Below are positions 7,892 through 17,310 of a stretch of DNA of 32,000 nucleotides, piece after piece. Made by a program: the position numbers and the translations under genes. Location of the stretch: contig CBDCNV010000002.1 in assembly GCA_965219535.1 (NCBI GenBank), positions 450,001 through 482,000 on the forward strand, written 5' to 3'. The notes beneath the pieces were generated by a model. The model saw only the letters and a list, made by a program, of their open reading frames with translations, was not told where the DNA came from and did not search any database. This DNA is from Opitutales bacterium (GTDB lineage Bacteria > Verrucomicrobiota > Verrucomicrobiia > Opitutales > PNEW01). Numbering within the stretch: the stretch's first letter is position 1; every line of letters starts with the position of its first letter.

Positions 7892-8815
7892 TTACGGGTC
7901 CATCCCTTCGGGCATAAATGTTTCGACGAGGGCGTAACGGTGATGCCCGGGTTCTTGTGGCCATCCGCGATGGGCACAGCGTTGAAAAGTGATGGCGAAA
8001 TCACCGGCCTTACCGAGAAATTTAACCTCCCTTTTGCGATCCCAGAAGTTATAATTCGATCCGTTCGACTGGCCTAACCGTTTGGCAATATCAATGTTAC
8101 ATTTACGTATCGCGAGGTTGTCATGCGTGCCGCGAGCGAAGCAATAGGGCCCATCTTCGGGAGAAGCCACATCATCGAGATAGAGAAACGCTTTTACCTT
8201 ATCACCGAATCCATCGGCATGAAATCCACGGGTCTCAGATATGCTTCGATTAACGTAGATATTAAATAACCGTGAGACATAAGGTTTTCCCGATGCAGTT
8301 CGTAATACATTAATAATAAAATTCTTTCTCTCTTTATTATTGAAGGTTTTGTGACATTCTGGAAAGAGCGGATCCGCCCGGAAAATATCAACCAGACCTT
8401 CATCACCCGGTGGACCGATCTGGCCTGACCTGACATTAATTATCGGTCTACCATAATTGAATAAAGTGGTTGGATTGGCTTTCATACCTCCGGGAATGTT
8501 TTCAAAAGTACAGTTAAGAAAGTAATCTTCGGTCTCATAATCGGTGCGGTTGGCGATATGAGAAGCGACTTTCTTCCCCGCAAGTAATGATTCCAGTTTT
8601 AGGCGAAGACATTGTACTTCGTATTCAGGGACGAAATTTCTTAAAATGAACCCCCCATTTACGGACATACTATTACAGGCCTTTTCAAAGAGTGAGTCTC
8701 GATTATCCTCTTCCCAATTAAAATCGTAATCGGTGCCCTCGGGTGATTCGACTTTTCCATCACCTATCATATCAGCCAGTTTCTCGACAAGATAATTTAT
8801 GGTTTCCACGCTCAT
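7892..8815 (-). CDS. Hypothetical protein, PhyH-like/cupin Fe(II)/2OG oxygenase fold suspected
   Basis: 307 aa. It has NGGFILRNFVP near the N-terminus, RGFHADGF (HxD), DGPYCFARGTH, and a distal CAHRG. The assignment is motif-level only. Confidence 0.5.
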   Translation of the reverse strand: MSVETINYLVEKLADMIGDGKVESPEGTDYDFNWEEDNRDSLFEKACNSMSVNGGFILRNFVPEYEVQCLRLKLESLLAGKKVASHIANRTDYETEDYFLNCTFENIPGGMKANPTTLFNYGRPIINVRSGQIGPPGDEGLVDIFRADPLFPECHKTFNNKERKNFIINVLRTASGKPYVSRLFNIYVNRSISETRGFHADGFGDKVKAFLYLDDVASPEDGPYCFARGTHDNLAIRKCNIDIAKRLGQSNGSNYNFWDRKREVKFLGKAGDFAITFQRCAHRGWPQEPGHHRYALVETFMPEGMDP

Positions 8816-9003
8816 TTTACAATGATCTCAGGAGGTTTTTAAGGTTGAATATAAAAACTCTACTCCTGCCATTACTCCCCGAATGATTATATTAATCGTG
8901 CTTGCGTGCGCATAATTAAATTGACCTGATAAAATTATAAAATCATCTATTAGGCCAATTATTCTAAGTATCGAACAATTGTCAATTGGAGCAGAGAAAG
9001 ACA

Positions 9004-9792
9004 ATGATTACCAAAGAACAGATAGCGCACTTCGAAACGTTTGGTTTTCTCGTATTAAGGCAGGCTTTTTCACCAGAGGAAATGGAGAAGATAATAAGCC
9101 GATATGAGTATATGTCAGCGAGAGAGAAACCACGAATCGAAGATGCTGGAGATGGTAAAAATGCTGCCGAGGTCATCGGTTATTTAGTCGAGAAAGATCC
9201 CGAATTGACTATGCTGGCCGAGGATGACCGTATCTACATAACGATCGAACAATTACTTGGGGAAGGGTTTATCTGGACCGGGTCCGAGGGAGTTTGTGGC
9301 CGCAACCAAACCTCGTGGCATGCGGATAGACAAGGTCGAAACGAACTCAATTATATGACAATTAAGGTACATTTATATCTCGATCCAACGACGAAAGATT
9401 CCTGTGCCCTGCGTGTAATTCCGGGTTCTCACCGAGCACCGTTTCACGAGATGCTCAAGCCGCTTTACTATGCGGAAAATAAAACGATAACAAAACCCTA
9501 CGGAGTGGATGGACCGTCAATTCCCTCTTACCCTTTTGAATCCAATCCCGGTGATGTAATATTCTTCAACCAGTGTTTGTTGCATTCGGTGTTTGGAAAT
9601 TTAGATAATGAACGCCGCTACATTGCACTGAAATTCGGGTCGAGAATTAAGAATGATGAAGACATTGCCACATTGCTGCGTTATAAATCAGACGGGATAA
9701 TATTCCGGCCCCATAAGGCGTTTGTTAAGAGCGAAAGTGCGCGTATTCGGGGAATGGTGGAAGACCTCGTCGAACATGGGACAAAAATTTAA
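9004..9792 (+). CDS. Phytanoyl-CoA dioxygenase (PhyH) family oxygenase
   Basis: It has an N-terminal FETFGFLVLRQAFS, SWHADRQG (HxD), LRVIPGSH, and LLHSVFG. I prefer the ATG at 9004 over the TTG at 8986. Confidence 0.75.
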   Translation: MITKEQIAHFETFGFLVLRQAFSPEEMEKIISRYEYMSAREKPRIEDAGDGKNAAEVIGYLVEKDPELTMLAEDDRIYITIEQLLGEGFIWTGSEGVCGRNQTSWHADRQGRNELNYMTIKVHLYLDPTTKDSCALRVIPGSHRAPFHEMLKPLYYAENKTITKPYGVDGPSIPSYPFESNPGDVIFFNQCLLHSVFGNLDNERRYIALKFGSRIKNDEDIATLLRYKSDGIIFRPHKAFVKSESARIRGMVEDLVEHGTKI

Positions 9793-9890
9793 TCGATGCT
9801 TTGAAAGAAGGAAGAGGATTGTACGACAACGTCAATTGATTGCCCAATTCAAATGGCTCTGAGATAAACTATAAAGATTTGTCTGCTATT

Positions 9891-9966
9891 TGTCATTGCG
9901 AGGGAGGCTATTAGCCGACTGCGGCTACCGAGGGCTATAGCCCGACATCTTCCACTCCAGGGGAAT
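9891..9966 (+). repeat. Left arm of a large inverted repeat (TGTCATTGCGAGG...CGACATCTTCCACTCCAGGGGAAT)
   Basis: It matches the reverse complement of 10094-10178 at both ends and at CTACCGAG in the middle. The interior is more diverged. Confidence 0.7.
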
Positions 9967-10093
9967 ATTCGTTGTGCTTCCAGATACTAGACTGCGCTCA
10001 GATCTTTCCAATGAGCGTTCATCTCATCGATTTGTGCATTCGAACAACTGAGAGTAAATTCTAGCATACAGGGGCCTAATTTACGCAATAGAC

Positions 10094-10178
10094 ATTCCCC
10101 TGGATTGGAAGATGTCGTCCCGCAGTTGCTGGACTCGGTAGCTTCGTCTCCCGCGATTGCGGTATCCTCGCAATGACA
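10094..10178 (-). repeat. Right arm of the large inverted repeat
   Basis: The reverse complement begins TGTCATTGCGAGGATACCGCAATCGCGGGAGACGAAGCTACCGAG and ends CGACATCTTCCAATCCAGGGGAAT. A shorter copy lies at 24948-24998. Confidence 0.7.
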
Positions 10179-10237
10179 ATTAGGGGACGGACGCACAGCT
10201 CGGCGAGCTTATACCAATAGTCGTTGAATCCAGAAAC

Positions 10238-11875
10238 CTACTTAAATTTAGAATACTCGATTTCTTTCTTCGTTATAAATTCCAGTAATGCGGGTAATCC
10301 CTCTTGCGTTTGCTTAACTCCCCGTTGAATGGCAGGAATAATTTCGTCCGGAGTCGTTACGCGCTCTCCATATCCGCCAAAGGCTTTCGCCATATCAGCG
10401 TAATTCCCCGATATTTCAGTAGCCCCGTATTTTTCCTGTGAAACAGGCATTATGGGTATTTCTATAGCCATGGAGAAGTTGTTAAAGAGAATCGAGAGGA
10501 TAGGAATTCTTTCCCGTACAGCGGTCTCAAAGTCCATCCCCGTAAAACCGATAGCGGCATCACCCCAAACGTTTATGCAGAGCTTATCCGGCATCGATAG
10601 CTTTGCCCCCATCGCCAGACCAAGACCGTAACCGAGTTGGGTGGATTTACCCCAACCAATATAAGAGAGAGGAGTTAACGGTTCCCAGAAAGGTGAGATT
10701 TGATCACGGGGACTTCCCGAATCGTGAGTGATTATCGTATTCGCCACATCGACAGTGTGCATGAGGTCCCATATCACACGATAGGGAGTAAAGGGCACTT
10801 CATCGGAAATGAGCTTTGGCATCCATTTCCCCATCCATTCATCTTTGACCGATTTAATTTCCGCGGTCACTTCACTGATGAGACCCCTTGGTTTCCCCCC
10901 TAAACGGTCAATGATATTAGCTAACAATGCTTTTAGAATTTGGCCGGCATCACCTACGAGGGCATAATCAGCATCAATATCTCTATTAATATCATCTGGG
11001 TCGAGCGTGGAATGAATGATGGTCTTCCCAAAGGGCAAAGGCACCCCAAATATGGTATGGCTGAAGCTACAACCAATACCAAAGACTACATCGGCATTAT
11101 TTAAAAAATCATTTACCGCTTGGGGGTAGGTATTGCCGCCTGAACCCAGGGAGAGCGGATGGTTTTCAGGGAAAGCGCTTTTTCCCGCGAGACTGGTAGT
11201 AACTGGGATTTCCAGCAATTCTGCCAGTTCTTTCAAGTCCTGCCATGCCTGGGAATAATGAATGCCTTGACCGGCATAAATTACGGGCCGTTTAGCATTC
11301 AATAATGCACCGGCCGCTTGATCTACAGCTTCAAGATCAGGTCCGGATTTAAAACTGGATGCCGGTCGGTAATCCAGCGGTTCAGGTAATTCTTCCCCAA
11401 ACAGGTCGGCGGGAATTTCAACCAGAGCGGGACGCGGCCGACCATTCTTGATCGCGGAAAAAGCGCGGCGCATGGCTGCCGGCAAGGCCGCGGGGACTGT
11501 TATTTGTTCGCATGACTTGGTGATCTCGCGAAAATTAATGAGGGAAGAGAAGTTGGGTTGGACAAAAGCATGCTGTCGGGCATTACCTGCGGGGAGGATA
11601 AGCATGGGCACTGATTCCGAATAAGCCTGTGCGACACCGCCAAAGGCATTTTCCGTGCCGGGTCCATTCTGCATACAAAAAACACCGATCCGGTGCCCGG
11701 AGGACATTCGGCTGAAGGCGTCAGCCATGTGAATCCCAGTCCTCTCCTGACGCACAATAATAGTGCGAATATCCAGTTTTGCAGCGGATTCGATGATCGG
11801 GTTTACCGGGTAAGCGAAAAGGATTTCTACACCCTCCGCTTTTAGAATATGTGCGATAGCGTCGACAACTTTCAT
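10238..11875 (-). CDS. Thiamine-diphosphate-dependent enzyme (acetolactate-synthase/benzoylformate-decarboxylase superfamily)
   Basis: 545 aa. It has GPGTENAFGGVAQAYSESVPMLIL in the N-terminal Pyr domain and a GDAAIGFTGMDFETAVRERIPILSILFNN ThDP-binding motif. The substrate is not assignable. Confidence 0.85.
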   Translation of the reverse strand: MKVVDAIAHILKAEGVEILFAYPVNPIIESAAKLDIRTIIVRQERTGIHMADAFSRMSSGHRIGVFCMQNGPGTENAFGGVAQAYSESVPMLILPAGNARQHAFVQPNFSSLINFREITKSCEQITVPAALPAAMRRAFSAIKNGRPRPALVEIPADLFGEELPEPLDYRPASSFKSGPDLEAVDQAAGALLNAKRPVIYAGQGIHYSQAWQDLKELAELLEIPVTTSLAGKSAFPENHPLSLGSGGNTYPQAVNDFLNNADVVFGIGCSFSHTIFGVPLPFGKTIIHSTLDPDDINRDIDADYALVGDAGQILKALLANIIDRLGGKPRGLISEVTAEIKSVKDEWMGKWMPKLISDEVPFTPYRVIWDLMHTVDVANTIITHDSGSPRDQISPFWEPLTPLSYIGWGKSTQLGYGLGLAMGAKLSMPDKLCINVWGDAAIGFTGMDFETAVRERIPILSILFNNFSMAIEIPIMPVSQEKYGATEISGNYADMAKAFGGYGERVTTPDEIIPAIQRGVKQTQEGLPALLEFITKKEIEYSKFK

Positions 11876-12088
11876 GATTTTCTCTAATTAAAATTATATG
11901 TAAACCAACTTTCTGACCTTCTAACGCTATCACTCAAAGACTAAGCACCCGTTAATACAAGCGTGATTTGCTTAAAGTTATATTCAAGCGGAGAATTTCC
12001 AGATAGACTCGTATACGGGAGTAACTTATTAATCTGGTAATTCATAAATATCCACCCTGTCAAAAATCTATAGAAGAACACTATTATA

Positions 12089-13267
12089 ATGAGTAAAATT
12101 AACCGGGTAGAAATTCACGAGTTTTCATTCGATACTGATAACCTCGGTTTGGAGCAAGCGACAACCGGTGTCGGCAACATGGCCTATGTCGCTGGAGATA
12201 AATTGAAAGCGTTCCGCTATGCTGTTAATATAAAAACGGATGACGGGTTACAGGGAGAATACGTCACACACTGGGGGGGGACCCTATCATCCATGGCCCA
12301 ATCGCGAATGCTGGCCCCCCTACTCATCGGGCGAGATCCGGAAGAACGTGAAATTATCTACGACGATTTGAAACGTGATATAAGGGCTTACGATCATATG
12401 GGTCACGGGCCTCTCGACATCGCGCTCTGGGATCTTGTCGGTAAAATGTATAACACCTCGGTGAAAAATCTGCTCGGAGGTTTTCGAAAGCGCTTACCCG
12501 TATATGCCAGTACTTATCATGGTCAGTTAGGAGACGGGGGGCTCGATTCCATTGAGGCTTTTGCTGACTATGCAGAGCAGTGCAAGGAAATGGGATTTTC
12601 CGGATTTAAGATCCATGGTTGGAACGACGGTAACGCGAAAAAAGAAGCAGAAAATGTTTTAAGCGTGCGTTCACGTGTGGGGGATGAAATGAAATTAATG
12701 ATCGATCCTGCTTGTGAACTACGCACATGGAATGACGCCTTATACGTTGGTCGCGCCTGTGACGAAGCTAATTATTTCTGGTACGAGGACCCCTATCGCG
12801 ACGCTGCAGTGTCTGCTTTCGGGCATAAGCGACTGCGTGAAAAACTGCGAACCCCGCTCTTAATCAGTGAGCATGTGCGTGGCTTGGAGCAGAAAGCGAG
12901 CTTTCTTGTGCATGGGGGTTGCGATATGATTCATGCCGATCCTGAATACGATATGGGGATTACCGGTGTCATGAAAATCGCCCATTTTTGTGAGGCTTTG
13001 GGGTTGGATGTTCAACTTCATGCGTGCGGACCAGCACAACGTGTTGCCATGTCAGCGATTCGCAATACGCATTTATATGAAATGGCATTAATTGGACCCA
13101 AGATGCCAAACACCGTGCCTCCAGTTTATCAATGTGGTTATTCCGACCAACCGGAAGACTTAGGAGATGACGGATGTGTTCCCGTCCCAGACGGACCGGG
13201 GATGGGTGTGGTCTACGATTGGGATTTTATCGAGCGCAATCGTACTGAGCATTATGTATATGAATAG
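12089..13267 (+). CDS. Enolase-superfamily enzyme (mandelate racemase/muconate lactonizing family, probable sugar-acid dehydratase)
   Basis: 392 aa. The motifs GFKIHGW, LMIDPA, FWYEDP and LLISEH fit the metal-ligand and barrel-strand pattern of the MR subgroup. Confidence 0.8.
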   Translation: MSKINRVEIHEFSFDTDNLGLEQATTGVGNMAYVAGDKLKAFRYAVNIKTDDGLQGEYVTHWGGTLSSMAQSRMLAPLLIGRDPEEREIIYDDLKRDIRAYDHMGHGPLDIALWDLVGKMYNTSVKNLLGGFRKRLPVYASTYHGQLGDGGLDSIEAFADYAEQCKEMGFSGFKIHGWNDGNAKKEAENVLSVRSRVGDEMKLMIDPACELRTWNDALYVGRACDEANYFWYEDPYRDAAVSAFGHKRLREKLRTPLLISEHVRGLEQKASFLVHGGCDMIHADPEYDMGITGVMKIAHFCEALGLDVQLHACGPAQRVAMSAIRNTHLYEMALIGPKMPNTVPPVYQCGYSDQPEDLGDDGCVPVPDGPGMGVVYDWDFIERNRTEHYVYE

Positions 13268-13279
13268 ACGCCTCTAGGA

Positions 13280-14188
13280 TCAACTGGTATTTAAAGATAT
13301 ATTGCCGAAATATTTTTCGCGGTTGTCAGGATTCTCAAATTCTTTCCGGATGATATCAATATTGTCTTCTACATTCTGCATATAGGCATTGACGCCATCG
13401 GGGTAGGGTTGAGCGAGAAATTTATATAAGCCATGACATTCTTCTTCCAGTTTTGGGATTATAGAATTTTCCCAAAAGTCGGGTGTGCTGAGGATAAGTT
13501 CCTCAGGGCTTTTAAACATACGGTTATCTTTAGGGATATTACGGTAATCGTCGGATTCATCAAATTCTGAAAAAAGAGGGTACAGCTTTTTTAAATAATT
13601 AGGGTCACTCATCTGGCCGAGATAATCAGCGGTACATATTGATTCTCCGATTAACCTTTCGCTGTGATTGTTAAAGGGAACCGCATCAATGATACTGCGT
13701 GGACCAGTACAGCTGATGTAGTGTTGCACAGCATAGTTGTCATAAGTGGACCAATTTTTTTGCGTCAGATAAATAGCAGCAAGCTCACAGCTTCGTTGCT
13801 TGTGAACGAAAGTAAATTTTCCTCCTGTCCCCTCTGTATCGTCTTTATATTTTAAAAATCCGATATCATGGAGAATAATACCATGAAGGCCATTTTCAAT
13901 ATCCGTAATCTGCAAAACGGGTTCGATTTTTTGGAGATGACGATTGGTTATCAACCTTATCCAACATAACGTTGCCTGTAAGGTGTGTGCGAGATCATGG
14001 TAAATTGTATCACTCGCTTGAAATTCACCGTACTCACCGGCAAACATATTGCGAACGTCGGCGAAGAGCTGTGCAATCAATTCTGAATCAGCATCTGGGA
14101 ATACTTCCCTTAAGGTTTCTAACACCTCTTTCTCGACCTTATGGCAATCTTCGGCATTTATCTCATACAGCGTGTAACTACTAAACAT
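13280..14188 (-). CDS. HD-domain protein (putative metal-dependent phosphohydrolase)
   Basis: 302 aa. It has the H...HD...D pattern: YHDLAHT, IILHDIGF, CTADYLGQM. Confidence 0.6.
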   Translation of the reverse strand: MFSSYTLYEINAEDCHKVEKEVLETLREVFPDADSELIAQLFADVRNMFAGEYGEFQASDTIYHDLAHTLQATLCWIRLITNRHLQKIEPVLQITDIENGLHGIILHDIGFLKYKDDTEGTGGKFTFVHKQRSCELAAIYLTQKNWSTYDNYAVQHYISCTGPRSIIDAVPFNNHSERLIGESICTADYLGQMSDPNYLKKLYPLFSEFDESDDYRNIPKDNRMFKSPEELILSTPDFWENSIIPKLEEECHGLYKFLAQPYPDGVNAYMQNVEDNIDIIRKEFENPDNREKYFGNISLNTS

Positions 14189-14526
14189 CGATGCAGAAAC
14201 ATAGACATTATGTCAGGATAGTTAAAGCTTATAATCGACACTATCTATTTTATCGCGATGAAAAATCTTTACACTGTAGACCTTGGATTTTGCGGATCTG
14301 CCAGTAATCAGTCATTTGCCCCGTGAGGGATGAAGTGCAGGAAGACATCGCCCGTTTCGCCTGAAGTGCGGACTTTATTGGCAAATAACAATGATACACA
14401 CATCAATGGCAACAAATTACCCATCAATTATGCTCTGTTTTTTATTCAAGATTCTCTATAAAAAACCTCGTATCGCAACTCGCAGATACCTATTTTTAAT
14501 TACGTTAGTGATTGGTGCTAGATAAA

Positions 14527-14817
14527 ATGATTTCCAGATCAGATAAGAGCTATATTGTCGCTGTATCCTTATCAGGAATATTTGGATATTTTGGAATCCA
14601 GCATTTTTATTTGGGGCGATATATTGAAGGATGTATCGACATCTTGCTGACAATAGGCTGGATTTATTACTTTGCCGTAGGCCAACCGTTAATCGCAATA
14701 ATTTATTTAGGGATCGATTTAATTCATACTTTGATTACAACTGTTCTTTTACTAACCGGATCTTTTAAGGATGGCAAAGGCCGAACCGTTTGTTATCCAG
14801 GTCAGACAACAAAATAA
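14527..14817 (+). CDS. TM2-domain membrane protein
   Basis: It has GIFGYFGIQHFYLGR followed by two further hydrophobic helices. I prefer the ATG at 14527 over the TTG at 14512. Confidence 0.7.
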   Translation: MISRSDKSYIVAVSLSGIFGYFGIQHFYLGRYIEGCIDILLTIGWIYYFAVGQPLIAIIYLGIDLIHTLITTVLLLTGSFKDGKGRTVCYPGQTTK

Positions 14818-14832
14818 AAAAGGAGTAATATT

Positions 14833-15057
14833 ATGAATGATACTATTGAAAAAAGTGAAAAAGGATTCGTCCCAACAATTCTCTTATGTTTTTTCCTGGG
14901 TGGATTTGGTGGTCACCGGTTCTACGCGGGTAAAACAGGTACTGGCATTTTAATGCTAATAACCCTTGGCGGTCTTGGGATTTGGACACTGATTGACTTC
15001 ATCATGATCGTATGCGGTTCGTTTACAGATAGTGAAGGACGACCGATAAAGTCCTGA
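14833..15057 (+). CDS. TM2-domain membrane protein
   Basis: 74 aa. CFFLGGFGGHRFYAGKTGTGILMLIT is the classic TM2 core. An AGGAG sits 7 nt upstream of the ATG. Confidence 0.8.
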   Translation: MNDTIEKSEKGFVPTILLCFFLGGFGGHRFYAGKTGTGILMLITLGGLGIWTLIDFIMIVCGSFTDSEGRPIKS

Positions 15058-15067
15058 TCGATTAACG

Positions 15068-15090
15068 AAAAAAGGCACCCCGATCGGGGT
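15068..15090 (-). terminator. Rho-independent-type terminator for the GYD gene (possibly bidirectional)
   Basis: The palindromic stem ACCCCGATCGGGGT (15077-15090) is followed on the minus strand by GCCTTTTTT (A-run 15068-15073 on the plus strand). It lies 75 nt after the GYD stop and 20 nt after the TM2 stop. Confidence 0.5.
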
Positions 15091-15164
15091 ATTCAGACTG
15101 CATTTACTGTGGGAAGAAGGCTCCCGTAAAAGGCTAACTTTTTGGGTGATGTAAATACAGCGCT

Positions 15165-15449
15165 TTAAAGATCAGAGGTAAGTTCGTCAAATTCCTCCAC
15201 CGTTAGTGCAGGTGATGTCGATATGGTTATGCCGGTCAACTTTGTTAAAGTCACGGAGGCCTGAATGGCGTCTGCCAAACCGGGGAAATTAACGATGAAG
15301 ACTAAATCGTGATTACCCAGTAAGATATAACTTGTGATCACTTCACCCCCATTATTCTCAATTACATCGACAGCCCATTGCGTGCGCTCGGCACTGATGC
15401 CCTTAATTGCTTCCGGCGTGTACTTTCCAAACATAAAAAATGTAGCCAT
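15165..15449 (-). CDS. GYD-domain protein
   Basis: 94 aa. MATFFMFGKYTPEAIKGIS...LLGNHDLVFIV...TLTKLTGI matches the GYD family, with GNHD in place of GxYD. Confidence 0.8.
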   Translation of the reverse strand: MATFFMFGKYTPEAIKGISAERTQWAVDVIENNGGEVITSYILLGNHDLVFIVNFPGLADAIQASVTLTKLTGITISTSPALTVEEFDELTSDL

Positions 15450-15496
15450 TTTACATCTTCTTTCCCTCGATAATTAAAACTGATAGTCTCTACTTC

Positions 15497-15522
15497 ACCT
15501 TACTCAAATGATGGAGTAAGGT
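15497..15522. other. Perfect 9-bp hairpin ACCTTACTC-N8-GAGTAAGGT in the TPR/GYD spacer
   Basis: Read directly. There is no adjacent U-run on either strand, so terminator function is unproven. Confidence 0.25.
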
Positions 15523-15673
15523 CCCTTTAATTATCTCTAAATCTGAAATTTCGCAACTCGATATCAGACTTTATTCCCCACCGTATTCGGGATATAGTCG
15601 GCTAAATGGAACGAGAATTTATTAAACGGATTGTGCGGAAAAGGAACGGAAGGTATTTCTCTTGTTCATCAAT

Positions 15674-17224
15674 TTACAGTCCTACGCTGCGCAGAATCGT
15701 TTTAAAGCGTGAATCGGATTGGAGAGGTTCGAAAATGGGGTCGTGGCTGATAACAACTAGCCAGGGGGCCCGTTCATTTAGTGCTTTTTCTAGCCAATCA
15801 ATTGACTTTTCTTTTTCCCCCAGGCCCAGGAAGACAAGTGCGATGAAATTTGACTGTACGTATTCAACTTTTTTTCGTGCGATCAATTCCGTTAGAATTT
15901 TTCTCGCTTTATCTTTCTGGCCAGATTGGGCATAGGCCCATCCCAGTGACGCCAGCGTCCATGCGCTGTTTCCAGATGAAGCGACCGCCTTTTGCAACTG
16001 TGCAACACCCTTATCAAAACTCATTTCGTGAATATATACCTGCCCCAGAAGGAGATGAGCGAGAGCAAAGGTTGGATCGAGTTCGAGTGTTTTCAACAAT
16101 TGCAATTTAGCTAAGGCGAACTTACGATGTCCAAGAAGGATCCAACCACGAGCGGCATTAGCCATAATTGAAAGCGGGTCAGCTCTTAAAGCCCGTTCAC
16201 TTTCAAAGAGAGCATCATCAAAATGTCCCTGCATGCTCAAATAAAGTGCATACCAATAGCGGGCGGGAACATAGTAAGGGTTAATTTCTATCGCTCGCTT
16301 AAAATCTTTTCCCGCCGCGGCCCAGTTCATTTCATATAACAGGCGCACCATACCAAGAGAGCTGTGCGCTTCGGCAATACGATAATTGAGTTGGAGCGCT
16401 TTAATGGCTGCGACTTTTGCTTTGGGAAAAGATTCATCAGGAGGAAGGAATCCATAAAAACCGAAAAGACTGTAGGTATCAGCTAATCCGGCATAGGCAT
16501 AAGCGTAAGAGGGGTCCTTTTCAATCGCTTGCGCAAAAAATATAACTCCCTTTTTAAGTCCACTCCCTCTCTGATTCCAAAAGAATCGCCCTTTTAAATA
16601 AGACTCATAGGCATCCATATTTGCCGTGGGCGCTTCGACTAAAGAAGAACTTCCCGCACCGACGAGTTCAACCTTCAATGCGCTGACTATCGCACGCGAA
16701 ATCTCATCTTGAATGACAAAAACACTTTTGAATTCGCGATCATAACTATTCGACCATAAGTGAAAACCATCCTCTACTTTGATCAATTGAACGGATATAC
16801 GAACCATGGTGCTATCTTTTCGTACGCTGCCCTCGAGTACGTAGTCGACATTGAGTCTTTCACCGATAGTCGGAATATCTTTGTTTCTTTCTTTGAAAGT
16901 AAAGGAGGAAGTTCGAGCTGCGACACGCAATCCTTCGATTTTGGCCAGGGCATTTAATATTTCCTCCGCCTTTCCATCACTGAAGTAATCCTGACTTTTA
17001 TCCGTGCTCATATTCACAAAGGGCAGTACGGCAATCGAGGGAATTTCCGTTGAGCCCTTCGTTTGGTTTTGCGTGGGATTTGTGACTGCTCGAAACCCCG
17101 AAAATAAAATAAAGCCTAGAAGAAGAAAGAAAACGATTCTCACTCTTAGGGAAATTAAAAAAATGCGAGACATACGAATATTCCTCATACCCGAATTTCT
17201 AACGGGTAAAGCAAAAACATCCAT
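15674..17224 (-). CDS. Membrane-anchored TPR-repeat protein with an N-terminal TolB-N-like/FlgO-like domain
   Basis: 516 aa. A hydrophobic anchor is followed by IAVLPFVNMSTDKSQDYFSDGKAEEILNALAKIEGLRVAARTSSF and then multiple TPR-like A..Y..A repeats. The start codon choice (M1, M13 or M18) is uncertain. Confidence 0.75.
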   Translation of the reverse strand: MDVFALPVRNSGMRNIRMSRIFLISLRVRIVFFLLLGFILFSGFRAVTNPTQNQTKGSTEIPSIAVLPFVNMSTDKSQDYFSDGKAEEILNALAKIEGLRVAARTSSFTFKERNKDIPTIGERLNVDYVLEGSVRKDSTMVRISVQLIKVEDGFHLWSNSYDREFKSVFVIQDEISRAIVSALKVELVGAGSSSLVEAPTANMDAYESYLKGRFFWNQRGSGLKKGVIFFAQAIEKDPSYAYAYAGLADTYSLFGFYGFLPPDESFPKAKVAAIKALQLNYRIAEAHSSLGMVRLLYEMNWAAAGKDFKRAIEINPYYVPARYWYALYLSMQGHFDDALFESERALRADPLSIMANAARGWILLGHRKFALAKLQLLKTLELDPTFALAHLLLGQVYIHEMSFDKGVAQLQKAVASSGNSAWTLASLGWAYAQSGQKDKARKILTELIARKKVEYVQSNFIALVFLGLGEKEKSIDWLEKALNERAPWLVVISHDPIFEPLQSDSRFKTILRSVGL

Positions 17225-17310
17225 CGGACATACACTTAGGATACATTTGCACAGTGGCTTCCGCCAGCCAACTTAAATCACACCAACTAATTCCAATCTC
17301 AAAATCAGAA

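Noticed and set aside
9987-10196. 69-aa ORF inside the large inverted repeat
   Set aside because: Much of it is a read-through of the right repeat arm (CHCEDTAIAGDEA is the translated CATTGCGAGG-type repeat). It has no start context or recognisable domain.
14406-14525. 39-aa ORF (MATNYPSIMLCFLFKILYKK...) ending 1 nt before the first TM2 gene, as a possible leader peptide or remnant of a third TM2 gene (compare VPTILLCFFLGG in the second TM2 protein)
   Set aside because: The similarity is limited to about 8 hydrophobic residues, there is no clear RBS, and the ORF is too short to support without comparative or ribosome-profiling data.
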